A stretch of DNA of 64,000 nucleotides from Octopus sinensis (GCF_006345805.1 NC_043003.1:49042001-49106000), one strand, 5' to 3'; shown: positions 39,241 to 51,778, numbered from the stretch's first letter. Notes: generated from the sequence alone by a model not told the origin. Made by a program: numbers and translations.

Positions 39241-40364
39241 ACACACACGCACATACACACACACACACAACACACGAGGCATAAATATAGAGTGGGATAC
39301 TGTGAAAGAGAAAGCCACTGTGGGAAAGATTTCGGGAAAATATTGTGAAAGAATGATTAGCAAACGGGTCAAGTAGTAAAGTACGGTGTTAAAATAGAAC
39401 GGAGATAGTCAACGATACAGATGTTAGAAGATATAGTGGCGGAGAAAGAGATGACAGCTAATGAGCAAGAAAAAGGTGCGATATAAAGAAAGAAATGGGA
39501 TGGTATGATAAGTGAAGGTGATAAATAACGCAAGACAAGGGAAGTAACGTAAGTGGTCACGAGAGAATAGAAATGTGTATTTGAAACAGAAACAGAGAGA
39601 GGGAGAGGAAGAGAGAGAAGAGAGAGGAGAAGAGAGAAGAGAGGAGAGAGAGATAGAAAGAGATTGAGAGAAAGAGAGAAAGAAAGAAAGGAAGAAGGAA
39701 GGAAAGGAAGAGTATAGTCTAATAGCGAAGTCTTATATTCATGAAATCTACGGACATTTAAAAGTATAAAATTGATTGCTTTAGTCTTGTCAGAATACCA
39801 AATCTTTGCAGGGATGGCATGTAGTCGATTTTATCGATTCTAGTATATTGATTTCATTCATTTTTAACGATCCCAAAGATAGGAAAAGCAGAGTCAATCC
39901 GATCTATGGGAGATTAGAGCTTAGATCTCGGAAGCAAGGGGGAGAAAGGAGTTAAATATCGTAAAACTTTTAATCCATTGTAGTATCATTGTACTATCTG
40001 ACAAGTCATCGCCCTATTTTCGTGATTTAAACGGGAGTTAACAAAGGAGCCATTAGGTGGTAGCTCAGTCTGCTAGAAATAACAGTCAGATTTTCTGTTA
40101 AACTACAATTTATCGTCTTAAATAAAAAAAACACGGCGGATTAGTCATATATAGCCATACATAGACAAATTGACCGAATAGTTACGGTTGGAAACTATTT
40201 GATCATATGTTGTCTCGATACGGGTTGACCTAGGGCTAAATAATATCAGTAACCATCACAATAACTACCACAATCATTAGTCTTTTTCATAAATATTTAA
40301 CTGAAAGATGGTGCTCTGTAAGGTAAGTGATTAGAAATATCGGTTTGTGTTTCATTTATACTTA

Positions 40365-40775
40365 AATCTGAATGGTATTCGTGGATATGATTGTCTGGTT
40401 AAGAAACTCCCCTTTTAACCACTTGGTTCCCGGTTCAATCCCACTGCGCGACACTTTGAAAGTGTCTTCTTCTATAGCTCTGGGTCAACAAATGCTTTGC
40501 AAGTGAATTTGGAAACCCGACGCCCGCGCGTGTGTGTGTATGCGTGCGTACGTGCGGCGTGTCTGCATGTCTGTTTTTGTCCTCTGCTTAACAACCGGTG
40601 TTGGGTTGCTTACACCTCCGTAATTTAATAGTTTGGTAATAAAAAAATCAATAGAATAAGTATCAAACTAACAAAAAAAAAATACTGAAGTAGATTTGGC
40701 TGACTAAAACCTTTCAGGCTGGTCATCCAGCATGGGCGCAGTTCAATGGCTGAAACAAGTCAATGAAATTAAAGA
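40365..40775 (+). mobile_element. SINE family A, older copy
   Basis: ggttcccggttcaatcccactgcgcgacac head ... ccagcatgggcgcagttcaatggctgaaacaag tail. Confidence 0.8.
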
Positions 40776-40893
40776 AATAAATGCTATCTGTCATTAAGTC
40801 GTATAGCTTGATCTTTATGTGTGGAATGGGCAGGCAGAAACTATGGAAGCCCAAAGGCTCGATTGTACTTGGAATTCGAAGGGCCACTCTTAT

Positions 40894-41479
40894 TTCTTTA
40901 TTGCCCACAAGGGGCTAAACATTAAGGGGACAAACAAGGACAGACAAAGAGATTAAGTCGATTACATTGACCCCAGTACGTAACTGGTACTTAATTTATT
41001 GACCCCGAAAGGATGAAAAGCAAAGTCGACCTCGGCGGAATTTGAACTCAGAACGTAACGGCAGACAAAATACCTGTTTCTTTACTACCCACAAGGGGCT
41101 AAACACAGAGGAGACAAACAAGGACAGACAAACGGATTAAGTCGACTATATCGACCCCAGTGCGTAACTGGTACTTGATTTATCGACCCGAAAGGATGAA
41201 AGGCAAAGTCGACCTCGGCGGAATTTGAACTCACAACGTAGCAGCAGAAGAAATACCTATTTCTTTACTACTCACAAGAGCTAAACACAGAAAGGACAAA
41301 CAAGGACAGACAAACGGATTAAGTCGATTATATCGACCCCAGTGCTTAACTGGTACTTATTTAATCGACCCCGAAAGGATGAAAGGCAAAGTCGACCTGG
41401 GCGGAATTTGAACTCAGAACATAACGGCAGACGAAATACCGCTACGCATTTCGCCCGGCGTGCTAACGTTTCTGCCAGC
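40894..41479 (-). mobile_element. SINE B1 trimer: one head plus three ~185 bp units, flanked by an 18-bp target-site duplication
   Basis: Three tails ending aaagaaa(t/c)a; flanks tcgaagggccactcttat (40876-40893) and tcgaaggcccactcttat (41480-41497), 17/18 identical. Confidence 0.92.
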
Positions 41480-41792
41480 TCGAAGGCCCACTCTTATCAC
41501 ACATCGTAATTAATTGATTCCACCTGATAGTCAGTGTAAAAGTATTCCCTAAGCAGGTAGTTCAGTTGATCAACCAATTGAATGCTCATCGTCGAAACTG
41601 ATAGAGATCCACTACGTTTACAATATTGTGATCTACAGGTTACTGGGTAACCAGGTTACCATTGTCTATAGGCGGGACTCAGTATAACTGATAAATACAA
41701 TTTCATTGTCAGCTTCAGCTGTTTACATAAAACGATCTAATGGAAACAATCTTAAGAAATGAAATATTTGCCCAGTTTGAACAACGTTATGA

Positions 41793-41844
<52 letters not shown>

Positions 41845-41847
<3 letters not shown>

Positions 41848-42245
41848 TCTTTTACTTTTTTTACTTGTTTCAGTCATTTGACTGTGGCCATGCTAGAGCA
41901 CCGCCTTTAGTCGAGCAAATCGACCCCAGTACCTATTCTTTCTAAGCCTAGTGTTTATTCTATCGGTCTCTTTTTCCTGAACCGCTAAGTTACGGGGACG
42001 TAAACACACCAGCATCGGTTGTCAAGCGATGTTCGGGGGGGGGGGGGGCAAATACAGACACACAAACGTATACACACACATACATATATATACATATACA
42101 TATATACGACGGGCTTCTTTCAGTTTCCGTCTACCAAATCCACTGACAAGGCTTTGGTCGGTTCGAGGCTATAGTAGAAGACACTTGCCCAAGGTGCCAC
42201 GCAGTGGGACTGAACCCAGAACCGTGTGGTTGGTAAGCAAGCTAA
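41845..42245 (-). mobile_element. SINE family A, near full length
   Basis: Tail and head identical in layout to 8575-9030. Confidence 0.92.
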
Positions 42246-42307
42246 TATATTTAAAAATCTCTGTGTCTGTCTTTTTCTCTCTCTCTCTCTGTTTCTCTCT
42301 CCCCCCC

Positions 42308-42344
<37 letters not shown>

Positions 42345-42989
42345 ACAAACCTTTATATTTTTTTGCTCGAGTAATTTCTGAACCAGTAGGGAAACACCCA
42401 CTCAACACTCAAACCAAACCAAACCGAACCAAACCGAACCAAACCAAATCAAGCAAACAAATTTTATAACTTCATAAAAACAGAGGCACCTAATTTTTTT
42501 GCTGGTTCGATATGTTTAGGTGGGGGGGTGACGGCGACCGACGAATGATTGTAATTGTAATGCTACATAATGAAGTAACAACATCAACATTAATAAATAA
42601 AAGTAAAAATAAAATAAAATAAAATAAAAACTAGAATGCAATAAAACACACAACTAAATAAATGGATGAATGAATAAATAATAATAATTGATAGTTTAGA
42701 GTTTGTTCTTAAAATGTTAACCTACTTTTTTTCTGTATATTGTTTTCTCGTTTGTATCTCAGAGAAGACAATTAGTTAACCGAGAAATAACACGTTTCAT
42801 TATGGTTTGATCCAGATATTTTTTTTTTAATATAGATTTTTTATGTAGGTATTTTTTTTTAATATAGATATTTTTTATTTTGATATTTTTTTTTATATAT
42901 AGAGATATTTTTTTTTATATAGATTTTTTTTTAAAGGAATCACGATGGTGGGTGGGTGTGGTGTGGTGATTGTGGGAATGTTCGCGAAA

Positions 42990-43830
42990 ATTTTCGTATG
43001 TTGCTAATGTAAGTGGTGATGGTAATGATAATTATGGCAGTGGTGGTTGTGGTGGTGGTGGTGATGATGATGGTGTTTGTAATGTTAATTTCGCTGCTGT
43101 TGATGTTAGCGATGATGATAGTGGTTGTGGTGGTGATGGTAGTCGTGGTAGTGATGGTAGTGATGGTGGTGGTGATGGTAGTAGTGGTAGTGATGGTAGT
43201 GATGGTGGTGGTGATGATGGTGGTGATTACGATCGGGGTGGGGAAGATGGTGGTGGTGGTGATGATGATGGTAGTGATGGTGGTGGTGATGATGGTGGTG
43301 GTGATGATGGTGGTGGTGATGATGGTGGTGATTATGATCGGGGTGTGGAAGATGGTGGTGGTGATGATGGTGGTGATTACGAACGGGGTGTGGAAGATGG
43401 TGGTGGTGATGATGGCAGTGGTGATGATGGTGGTGGTGATGATGATGGTGGTGATTATGATCGGGGTGTGGAAGATGGTGGTGGTGGTGATGATGATGGT
43501 AGTGATGGTGGTGTGATGATGGTGGTGGTGATGATGGTGGTGGTGATGATGGTGGTGGTGATGATGGTGGTGGTGATGATGGTGGTGATTATGATCGGGG
43601 TGTGGAAGATAGTGGTGGTGATGATGGTGGTGGTGATGATGATCGGGGTGTGGATGATGACGGTGATGATTGTAGTCGTGGTGATGGCAGTGGTGATGAC
43701 AGTAGTGGTAGTGATGATGATGATGTCAGTCCTGATTGTAGTAGGGGTCATGATGATGCCAGTGATGGTGGTGGTGATTGTGTTAGTTGGGGGTGCTGAT
43801 GGTAGAGGTGGTGATGGTAGTAATGACGCT
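42990..43830. repeat. GGT/GAT triplet tract with a higher-order unit (gattatgatcggggtgtggaagatggtggt...)
   Basis: The unit recurs near 43226, 43330, 43375, 43453, 43587 and 43640. Confidence 0.9.
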
Positions 43831-43924
43831 AGTGGTGCTCTTTGCGTGTGATTTGAGTGTTATTTCTAGCAACTCGAGCGACTGCTCAGAGACTCCCAAA
43901 GGTAGCGTTGGTAGTGCTTGTGTT

Positions 43925-44365
43925 TTTATGTTTACTTTTTTTATCTTTTACTTCTTTCAGTCATTGGACTGCGGCCACGCTGGGGCACTGTCTTGAAGAG
44001 ATTTTGTTAAACAAATCGACCCCAATATATATAATTTTTTTTCTGTAAGTCTGGTACTTATTCTAGCGGCCTCTATTGCCGGAAGAAAAGAATTACGGGA
44101 TGTAGCCACACCAACACCGGTTACCAAGTGACGGTGGAGAAACAAACACCAGCACAAAAACACACACATAAATATACATACGCACATACAATGGGCTTCC
44201 ACACAGTTTTCCTCTACGAAATTCATTCCCAAGGCATAAGTCAGCTGGAGTAGAAGACACTCACCCACGGTGTCACAAAGTGGGACGGGACGGGACTGAA
44301 CCCGAAGCCATATGCTTGCTAAGCGATCCTCCAAACCGCACAGCCATGCCAGCGCCCATTCAGAT
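43925..44365 (-). mobile_element. SINE family A, older copy
   Basis: tttcagtcattggactgcggccacgctggggcac tail ... gggactgaacccgaagcc head. Confidence 0.82.
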
Positions 44366-44374
44366 AGACGTCAT

Positions 44375-45300
44375 GAGTGGCAGTAGTAGCGTTGATGGTA
44401 GTGGTTGCAGTAGTATTAGTGGTAGTTATTGCTGTTGTAGTCGTCGTAGTAGTGGGGGTGGTAGTAGTAGAGGTAGAGGCAGTGGTGATGTTGGTGTTGG
44501 TAGTAATAATGGTGGTATTAGTGGTGGCGGTAGAGATGGTGGTAGTGGTGTTGGTAGTGGTGTTGTAGTGGTGGTGTTGGTAGTGTTAGTGGTGGTGTTG
44601 GTAGTGTTAGTGGTGGCAGGGGTTGCAGTGGTTATGGTAGTAGTAGTGGTGGTGGTGCTGGTGGTGTTGGTAGTGTTGTTGTAGTGGTGGTGTTGGTAGT
44701 GTTAGTGGTGGCAGTGATTGTGGTAGTAGTGGTTATGGTGATAGTGGTTATAATAATAGTAGTGGTAGTAATGGTAGCAGTGGTGGTAGTAGTTGTAGCA
44801 GTAGTAGTGGTGGTGGTGATGCTGGTAGTGGTTGTGGCAGTAGTGATGTTGATAGTGTTGTTATAGTGGTGATGTTGCTATGTTGGTAGTGGTGTTGTAG
44901 TAAAGGTTTTGGTAGTGTTGTTGGTAGTGTTAGGGGTGGCAGTGGTTGTGGTAGTGGTAGTTATGGTGATAGTAGTCGTGGTGGTGGTGGTAGTAGTTGT
45001 GGTAGTGGTAGTATAGTAGTAGTAGTAGTAGCAGTGGTGGTGGTGGCGCTAGTTGTAGTAGTAGTGGTGGTGGTAGTGGTGGTAGTAGTAGTTGTAGTAG
45101 TAGTAGTAATAGTAGTAATATTAGTAGTAGTAGTGGTAGTAGGAGTAGTTGTAGTAGTAATAGTAGTGGTGGTGGTGGTAGTGATGCGAATAGTAACAGA
45201 GGAGATGTCTAGATGGTGAAGATGATGGTAGCGATAGTGGGTGGTGGTCACGGCAGTAATGATAAAAAGAGTATACGCATGATGGTGGGAGTGGTGAAGA
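44375..45300. repeat. GGT/AGT trinucleotide low-complexity tract
   Basis: Directly visible; source of the poly-V/T ORFs. Confidence 0.93.
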
Positions 45301-45929
45301 AGAACCGCTTCCAATCAACCTTTTTCACAATTACAGTGATTACATAACAGTATTATCTATACTAGAGAAATGGGTTTTTTTTCTCTCAACACGAATGTTT
45401 CACAGATTTACTAACGAGAACAAACTATAAATAAAACAGAGAAGAAGAAAAGAAGCAGAAAATTATATATATATATATATATGCATATATATGTGTGTAT
45501 ATGTGTGTGAGGATGCATGTTTCTGTTTGTGTCTTTATAATAGTAATATGTACGTGAGTGGTTGTGTGTACATGTGTGTGTGTGTGCAATTGTTTATGCG
45601 TATATACGAATGTATATGCATAAGCATGGGGGCAAATGAGTGTGCATGTATGTAAATGTATATGTATACACATACGCACACACATATACATATATATACA
45701 TACATACAACACACTCACATTTGTGCATATACGTATATTTTGGTGTGTCTGTCTGTCTGTCAGTCAGTCCACCCATCTCTCTATCTTTCTATCTGTGTGT
45801 GTGTGTGTGTGTGTGTGTCTGTGTGTCTGTCTATCTCTCTATCAATCTATCTATCAATCTATCTATCTGTCTATCTATCTTATATATACGCACACACACA
45901 CATATATGTGTGTATATACATAAAAACAA

Positions 45930-46180
45930 TGCGCACTTTTTAAAGCCTAGCCAGGCTCATGGGCCTGGTTTCCCGATTTCAATGGCGTATGTGCTTCCAA
46001 GCTGGACGGGTCGCCAGTCCATCGCAGCGTTACTCATTTTTGCCAGCTCAGTGGATTGGAGCAACGTGAAATGAAGTGTTTTGCTCAAGAACACAACGCG
46101 TCGCCCGGTCCAGGAATCGAAACCACAATCTTACGATCATGATGCTGACACCCTAACCACTAAGCCACGCGCCTCCACAC
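45930..46180 (-). mobile_element. tRNA-derived SINE, family C2, with a V/Meta-type conserved central motif
   Basis: Reverse complement gcgtggcttagtggttagggtg...gtttcgattcc...gttgtgttcttgagcaaaacac...gctgcgatggactggcgacccgtccagc. Confidence 0.85.
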
Positions 46181-46341
46181 GTGTGTATCTACTTGTATAA
46201 ATGTGTGTGTGTGTGTGTAAGTAAATGTCTTGGAAATATTAACAGATCTGCCATTGTGTTTCATTCGTCTATTTCATTCGTCTTCTATTAAATACTACTA
46301 CTACAACTACTGCTGCTGCTGCTGCTGGTACTAGTACTACT

Positions 46342-46375
<34 letters not shown>

Positions 46376-46879
46376 CCCACTGCCACCACCACCTCTACTA
46401 CCAACATCTTTATAACCCCCAATACTACAACCATTTAGACGACTACCACCACGGCCACCACTACTACATTATTGTCATTTGTACTCCAACTACCTAGGAT
46501 GCCAGAAAGAGCTAGGTACAATAACGTAGGGTTCGGGTTCACAGTGAGATTAAACAACTAAGCAGGTATCAGGTACTTGTAGGATACTATAGATTTATTA
46601 CTGGGTTCGTCACCACCAAAATTTTACCCCTCTGTTTACAGTTGTTTAAAATTTGACTTGTAGCTGGTGGATTTATGCCATGATACAAATATGTCCTATC
46701 GAAACAGCTGTCGTAAATTTTAAACCGCATTTGAATTATTTTGTTGCTCTCATTACACCCCCCCACACACATACACACACACACACACAGACCTGTGCGC
46801 ACGCACTTACCCACACATGCTCAAACCTCCTTCTCTTGCACTCTCCTGTCTTTGAAAGAACCTTTTCACACCCATTCCC

Positions 46880-47105
46880 TTCCGGGCAGTTCAATATGTG
46901 ACCGCGTTTGTATCGTTGGCGATTTTCTTTCTCCGTCTTCCTTTCCTTGGGCCTTTCCTTTATCTATGTTTCTGACGAAGAGCTCAGCTCGAAACGTTAA
47001 ATCCGCCTTCTTTCTTTCCCTTCCCGAGCGTCCAATAACACTATACTTGTTCCATGTCCTCGCGTTGATGTGTTTTCTCTTTGTTTATGTTGGGATTGTC
47101 TATAT
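46880..47105 (+). mobile_element. Short hammerhead-bearing element (family H2) ending in (TA)n
   Basis: Contains the hammerhead at 46968-47002 followed by ...cttcccgagcgtccaataac, a motif shared with family H1. Confidence 0.7.
46968..47002 (+). ncRNA. Minimal type I hammerhead ribozyme
   Basis: gttt-CTGACGA-a-gagc-tca-gctc-GAAAC-GTT-aaat; palindromic ACGT stem III of the dimer-dependent Penelope type. Confidence 0.75.
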
Positions 47106-47132
47106 ATATATGTGTGAGTGAGTGTGTGTGTA

Positions 47133-47194
<62 letters not shown>

Positions 47195-47198
<4 letters not shown>

Positions 47199-47600
47199 GT
47201 GAGAATTTACAAAAAAATACAAAAAAACAAAAGACGAAGACGGGTATGTAAACAACTAACAGAAGTATTAGTTTAACGCTCGGGAAGTGCTAAAGTCTTT
47301 TACGTTTCGAGCCTACGGTCTTCGTCAGAAAGGAAGGCAGAAATAAACAGGGAGACAAAATAGAAAAAGGTTTAGTGGCTAGCGATCTATCACATATATA
47401 TCTACTTGGAATTTACAAACAAACAAGAAACAAATGATGAAGACAGGTATGTAAACAACAAACAGCTGTATTAGTTTAACGCTCGGGAAGGTGAGAAAAT
47501 CTTTTACATTTTGAGCCTATGCTCTTCAACAGAAAGGAGCACGAAGAAATAAACAGAAAGAGAATAAAAAAGCTTAGTGGCTAGCAGTCATATATATACG
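47195..47600 (-). mobile_element. Two adjacent family H1 hammerhead-bearing monomers (~200 bp each) separated by TA
   Basis: Monomers 47195-47392 and 47403-47592 share gaagac(g/a)ggtatgtaaacaac...gtattagtttaacgctcgggaag...tagtggctagc. Confidence 0.85.
47296..47333 (-). ncRNA. Minimal type I hammerhead ribozyme (intact core)
   Basis: Reverse complement ccttt-CTGACGA-a-gacc-gtag-gctc-GAAAC-GTA-aaaga; one mismatch in stem II. Confidence 0.75.
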
Positions 47601-47628
47601 TATGTATATATGTATGTGTGTGTGTGTG

Positions 47629-47662
<34 letters not shown>

Positions 47663-48074
47663 GTGTGTATTTGTGTGTGTGTGTAATCGATATAAATATT
47701 CATACATATATCGGCGAATATGTAAACGTTCACGAGAAAACCGAGAAACCGTCACTTTTGAGCTACAGACTCTCCATCTATGGTGTTTGTTCCGCCCGAG
47801 TTTCACGATTCCTTGTCATTCTGGCCATTGTAAATGCAGTGAACCACTGATTAGCCAATCGTAAGCGACGCTATTGTTCATAAAACACAGCATTTAATAT
47901 ATATATATTTAAATACAACTGTGTTGTAGTCTTCTTTTCTGTCTTGCTATAACTTTTAGTAATTCTGTATTTTATCTCTTTTGAGCATTATAAGTATGTG
48001 TACTTGTGTATGTGTATATGCGTGTCTGTACTCACCCTCCTCCAACATACACACTGAAAGAATACATTGAGACA

Positions 48075-48166
48075 GTAATTTATTCTTGATTTTGGATAAG
48101 TCAACCGATATTGTTTATGAAAAGCATCTATCTATCTATCTATATCTATCTATCTATCTATCTATC

Positions 48167-48202
<36 letters not shown>

Positions 48203-48331
48203 GTCTGTCTGTCTGTCGTCTGTCTATCTATATATCTATCTATCTATCTATATATCTATCTATCTATCTATCTATCTGTCTGGTCTGTCTGTCTGTCTGT
48301 CTATCTATCTATTATCTTATCTATCTATCTA

Positions 48332-48375
<44 letters not shown>

Positions 48376-48758
48376 GTGTCTGTGTGCGTGTGTTAGACAA
48401 TGCAATAAACACCAAAATAGAATTGTATCACAGCTTCTAGGGTTAATTCGTGTTTCAAAAACCGCTACTGAAGTGTTACATCAAATGAAAAAGTTACTAA
48501 GTGATGTGGGAATTAATATCAAAAATGTTTTGTGGTTGCATCAGACAGAGATACAAACCTATGTGGCGTTAATAATTCTCTCTACGCGTTAATGAAATTA
48601 GATAATCCAGCCTTGCTTCTCATAAAATGCATTTGTCACTCTTACAACAGAGAATTGTCTACTAACATTGACTATTTGGTAAGAGGAACTTAAACTTGTT
48701 CCGCAGATCAGCGCGGCAGTGAAAATCTGTATAGAAATATTATATATAATATATATAG

Positions 48759-48831
<73 letters not shown>

Positions 48832-49200
48832 TAATAAGCGATGTTGAAGACTACTCAAAATTATTCTCTTTCCAGCTATGACATGGTTAGTGTGATGTAG
48901 CAATGTAAAATGAACTCTAACCCAGTGGTTTCTATTAAAATTGCATATGTTTTGTTGTCAGCAGCGTGATAAGATCTCATTTCTACTTTATAGCAAGTGT
49001 ATGCATTGTGTGATTATGCTGTATTTCTCTGCAATGCTAGATAGCATGTTTTGGAGACATTTATGTAAAGGGTTGCGCAATCTATTATTTTCCATTCTGT
49101 GTTTGTGTTCATGTTATTTACCGTTAAAACCCCAAATGTGCTTTGCAAGAACACGCTTGGATGGACATAAAATAAACTAATTCAGAAAAGTTCTAACGTA
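48075..49200 (+). pseudogene. hAT-superfamily transposase relic interrupted by (TATC)n and (TA)n
   Basis: [15 protein letters not shown] (first catalytic D), then LCACVR..IVSQLLGLI, VVASDRDTNLCGVNNSLYALMKLDNPALLLIKCICHS (second D and CxxH). Confidence 0.82.
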
Positions 49201-49324
49201 TGCCTTCAAAATAACCATAAACATCAAGTATGAAATAGCTATAAGTTATTATACATATAACATACATACGTCCACATATAATACAAATACTTAGCGAAGT
49301 CGAAGCAATCAATTCAAATCATGT

Positions 49325-49655
49325 ATTAGAGTAAAGACCCCCTTCCGTCATGAAGGACCATAGGATTTCACCTAGAAAGTTCCTCTCCGAGGCGAGGTTG
49401 TTTAAAAAGACCAGCAGTCAACCATGCATACCAGCCTTCCCTCTCCACGCCACCGATGCTATCCAAGGGAAAGGCAAAAGCCCATGAAGCTTGCCACCAG
49501 TGACGTGGCAACTCATTCCTACAGCTGGGTGAACTGAAGCAACGTGAAAACAAAGTGTATTGCTCAAGAACTCAACACGCAGCCCGGTCCGGGAATCGAA
49601 GTCACTACCTCATGATTGTGAGCCCGACGCTCTAACTACTGAGCCATACGCCTTC
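49325..49655 (-). mobile_element. SINE family C1
   Basis: Aligns end to end with 325-662 (cctagaaagttcc...ccagcagtc...ctctccacgccaccgatgctatccaaggg...tgctcaagaac...ctctaactactgagcc). Confidence 0.88.
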
Positions 49656-49824
49656 AATCATTTATATAACACCTTTCAAATAGACAGACTCACACATGGA
49701 AAGTGAATGTAACTCCGTATGTGATTTCTTAATAACATTGATCACTGTAGCACGATGTAATTATAATTTCCGAAGCATGATTTTAGAAGTAAATCACTTA
49801 TGAAACAAGTACAACTTTAAAAGA

Positions 49825-50048
49825 AGTGGTTCAAAAGTTTGACACAAGACCAGCAATTTCAGGTCATAGGATAAGTCGATCACATCGACCCCCGTCCTCG
49901 ACTGATACTTATTTTATCGACCCCACTGCTCAACTGGTACTTCTTCTATCGACCCCGATAGGATGAAAAACAAAGTCGACCTCGATGGCATTTGAACTCA
50001 GAATATACAGACGGACGAAATGCCACTAAGCATTTTGCCCGGCGTGGC
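49825..50048 (-). mobile_element. SINE family B (B2 tail), with a small internal duplication
   Basis: gacacaagaccagcaatttcagg...gtcgatcacatcgacccc...gtcgacctcgatggcatttgaactcag. Confidence 0.85.
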
Positions 50049-50067
50049 CTAATAATAATAATAATAA

Positions 50068-50438
50068 TAAGAGCACTCAGAGAGCACAAACTTTCGCCAA
50101 GGCAACATCAATGTCCTGTCAATGATTAGCCGGAGATGATTTTTAAAATGAGAATATCTGAAATAAACTCAACTGCTCTCACAAACGTGAATACTAAAAA
50201 TGAACCCAACCGCTCTCAAAATTAAGTAAAAAAAAAAGGAAAAATAATCCATAATCCTTGTCTGGTACCGGATAGATCCCAATATGTAATCAGTTCGTGC
50301 CAGTCACGAGGCCAAACATCCATGAAAGTTTCATCCGAATTCATCAAGCTGTTCTTGAGATATCTTGTCCACAGACAAACAAACAAACAAACAAACACAA
50401 CTGAAAACAATGCCTCCACCTTAGTGAAGGCGGAGGTA
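50068..50438 (+). mobile_element. Non-autonomous Helentron-type element (HINE/DINE-1-like)
   Basis: Starts aagagcactcagagagc..actttcgccaaggc, contains an internal (CAAA)n, ends in hairpin gcctccaccttagtgaaggcggaggt; sits in (AAT)n. Confidence 0.7.
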
Positions 50439-50455
50439 ATAATTAATAATAATAA

Positions 50456-50491
<36 letters not shown>

Positions 50492-50638
50492 AGTGCCATT
50501 GTCATCTAGCGAACGATATTTCGACATCTTGTGTCTCTTAAACAGGTTAAAAAAATGATTTTGTCAATCTTCTTCATTTTGGTTAATATATAAAGGATTG
50601 AGGTAATAATAATGATGATAGTAATAATAATAATAATA

Positions 50639-50685
<47 letters not shown>

Positions 50686-51517
50686 TAAGTGCTTCCTTAA
50701 ATTCACCTGCAGTTTAATTCCTAATATAATGGCCTGCAGATGTGCAAGAAATGACTTTTAGTGTTCTGTTAAACGGAAAAACTTCAAACATTCTAACAAA
50801 TGTTCTAAAAACTGTACCAAATAGGTGATGGATTCTTCGTCGATATATCAATCAATGCAAAAACCAGCATAGTCTTCGGAGGCCGTCTTGAACAATAACA
50901 GAACTAATTCCTGCTGAGGTCAATTATATCTTTTATTCATTGATATTCGATATATAAAGTTCCAGTTCAGGACTGAAGTCGATTATTCTTCCTCTCTTGG
51001 TCTTTCTATCTGTTCTTTTGAGGAATAAATCAGTCGTAGTCAGACCTGGAGGCAGATGAGTTTCGCAAAATTTATAATGTCCAAAATACATCGTATGTTT
51101 AGACGACCAACTTATGAGTTGATAACGCTTGATAACGTTCTAAATTTTAACACCGTCCATTCTGATTAATGCAAAACGTTTCTTATTTAAGCGAGACGGT
51201 TGATTATTTTGTGTATTATTTTTGTACACAGTTCCGAAGAGACACTTCCTTGGACAGCCAAGTAGTATACACTATGCAGCATGCATAACTAGTTCGTTGT
51301 TAGCAGACATGTTTTTAGACAAAATGTGTGAATAGTCACCGTGATGTTGTTGGCTGAAACAATTGTTAACCATGAAACAAAAATATCATGAATGCCAAAC
51401 TTTAGTTTCTGTTATTGATTGATATTCTATGACAGAAGCGAAGCCTAGGGAATTTCTGCCAATTTGAAATATCCGTTTCCGTTTCCACGGAGGATTTTCT
51501 CTTTCCGTGTTTTTCAG

Positions 51518-51548
51518 ATAGTCGTTGTCCATGTGAGTGCTTTCTTAG
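51518..51548 (+). CDS. Candidate 31-nt micro-exon of an unidentified host gene
   Basis: Acceptor ttctctttccgtgtttttcag| and donor TAG|gtaagc; possible reading (D)SRCPCECFL; an alternative donor gtgagt would give a 15-nt exon. Confidence 0.25.
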
Positions 51549-51584
51549 GTAAGCGCCTGGATTATCTTCTCCCTACTAACTTGC

Positions 51585-51616
<32 letters not shown>

Positions 51617-51727
51617 ATAATATATATACTCGCACACGCCCCCCATATATATTTGTATACACACATGTATATTATACATATGCAATATATATCTTTCTAT
51701 CTATCTATCTATCTATCTAGCTATCTA

Positions 51728-51777
<50 letters not shown>

Positions 51778-51778
51778 G

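Noticed and set aside
50325-50350. Minus-strand ttgatgaattcggatgaaac resembling a hammerhead core
   Set aside because: First core base is wrong, the stems are absent, and it lies in the HINE body.
51060-51400. Possible mariner 5' non-coding remnant (accgtcc...gacggt)
   Set aside because: No transposase reading or TIR pair could be established.
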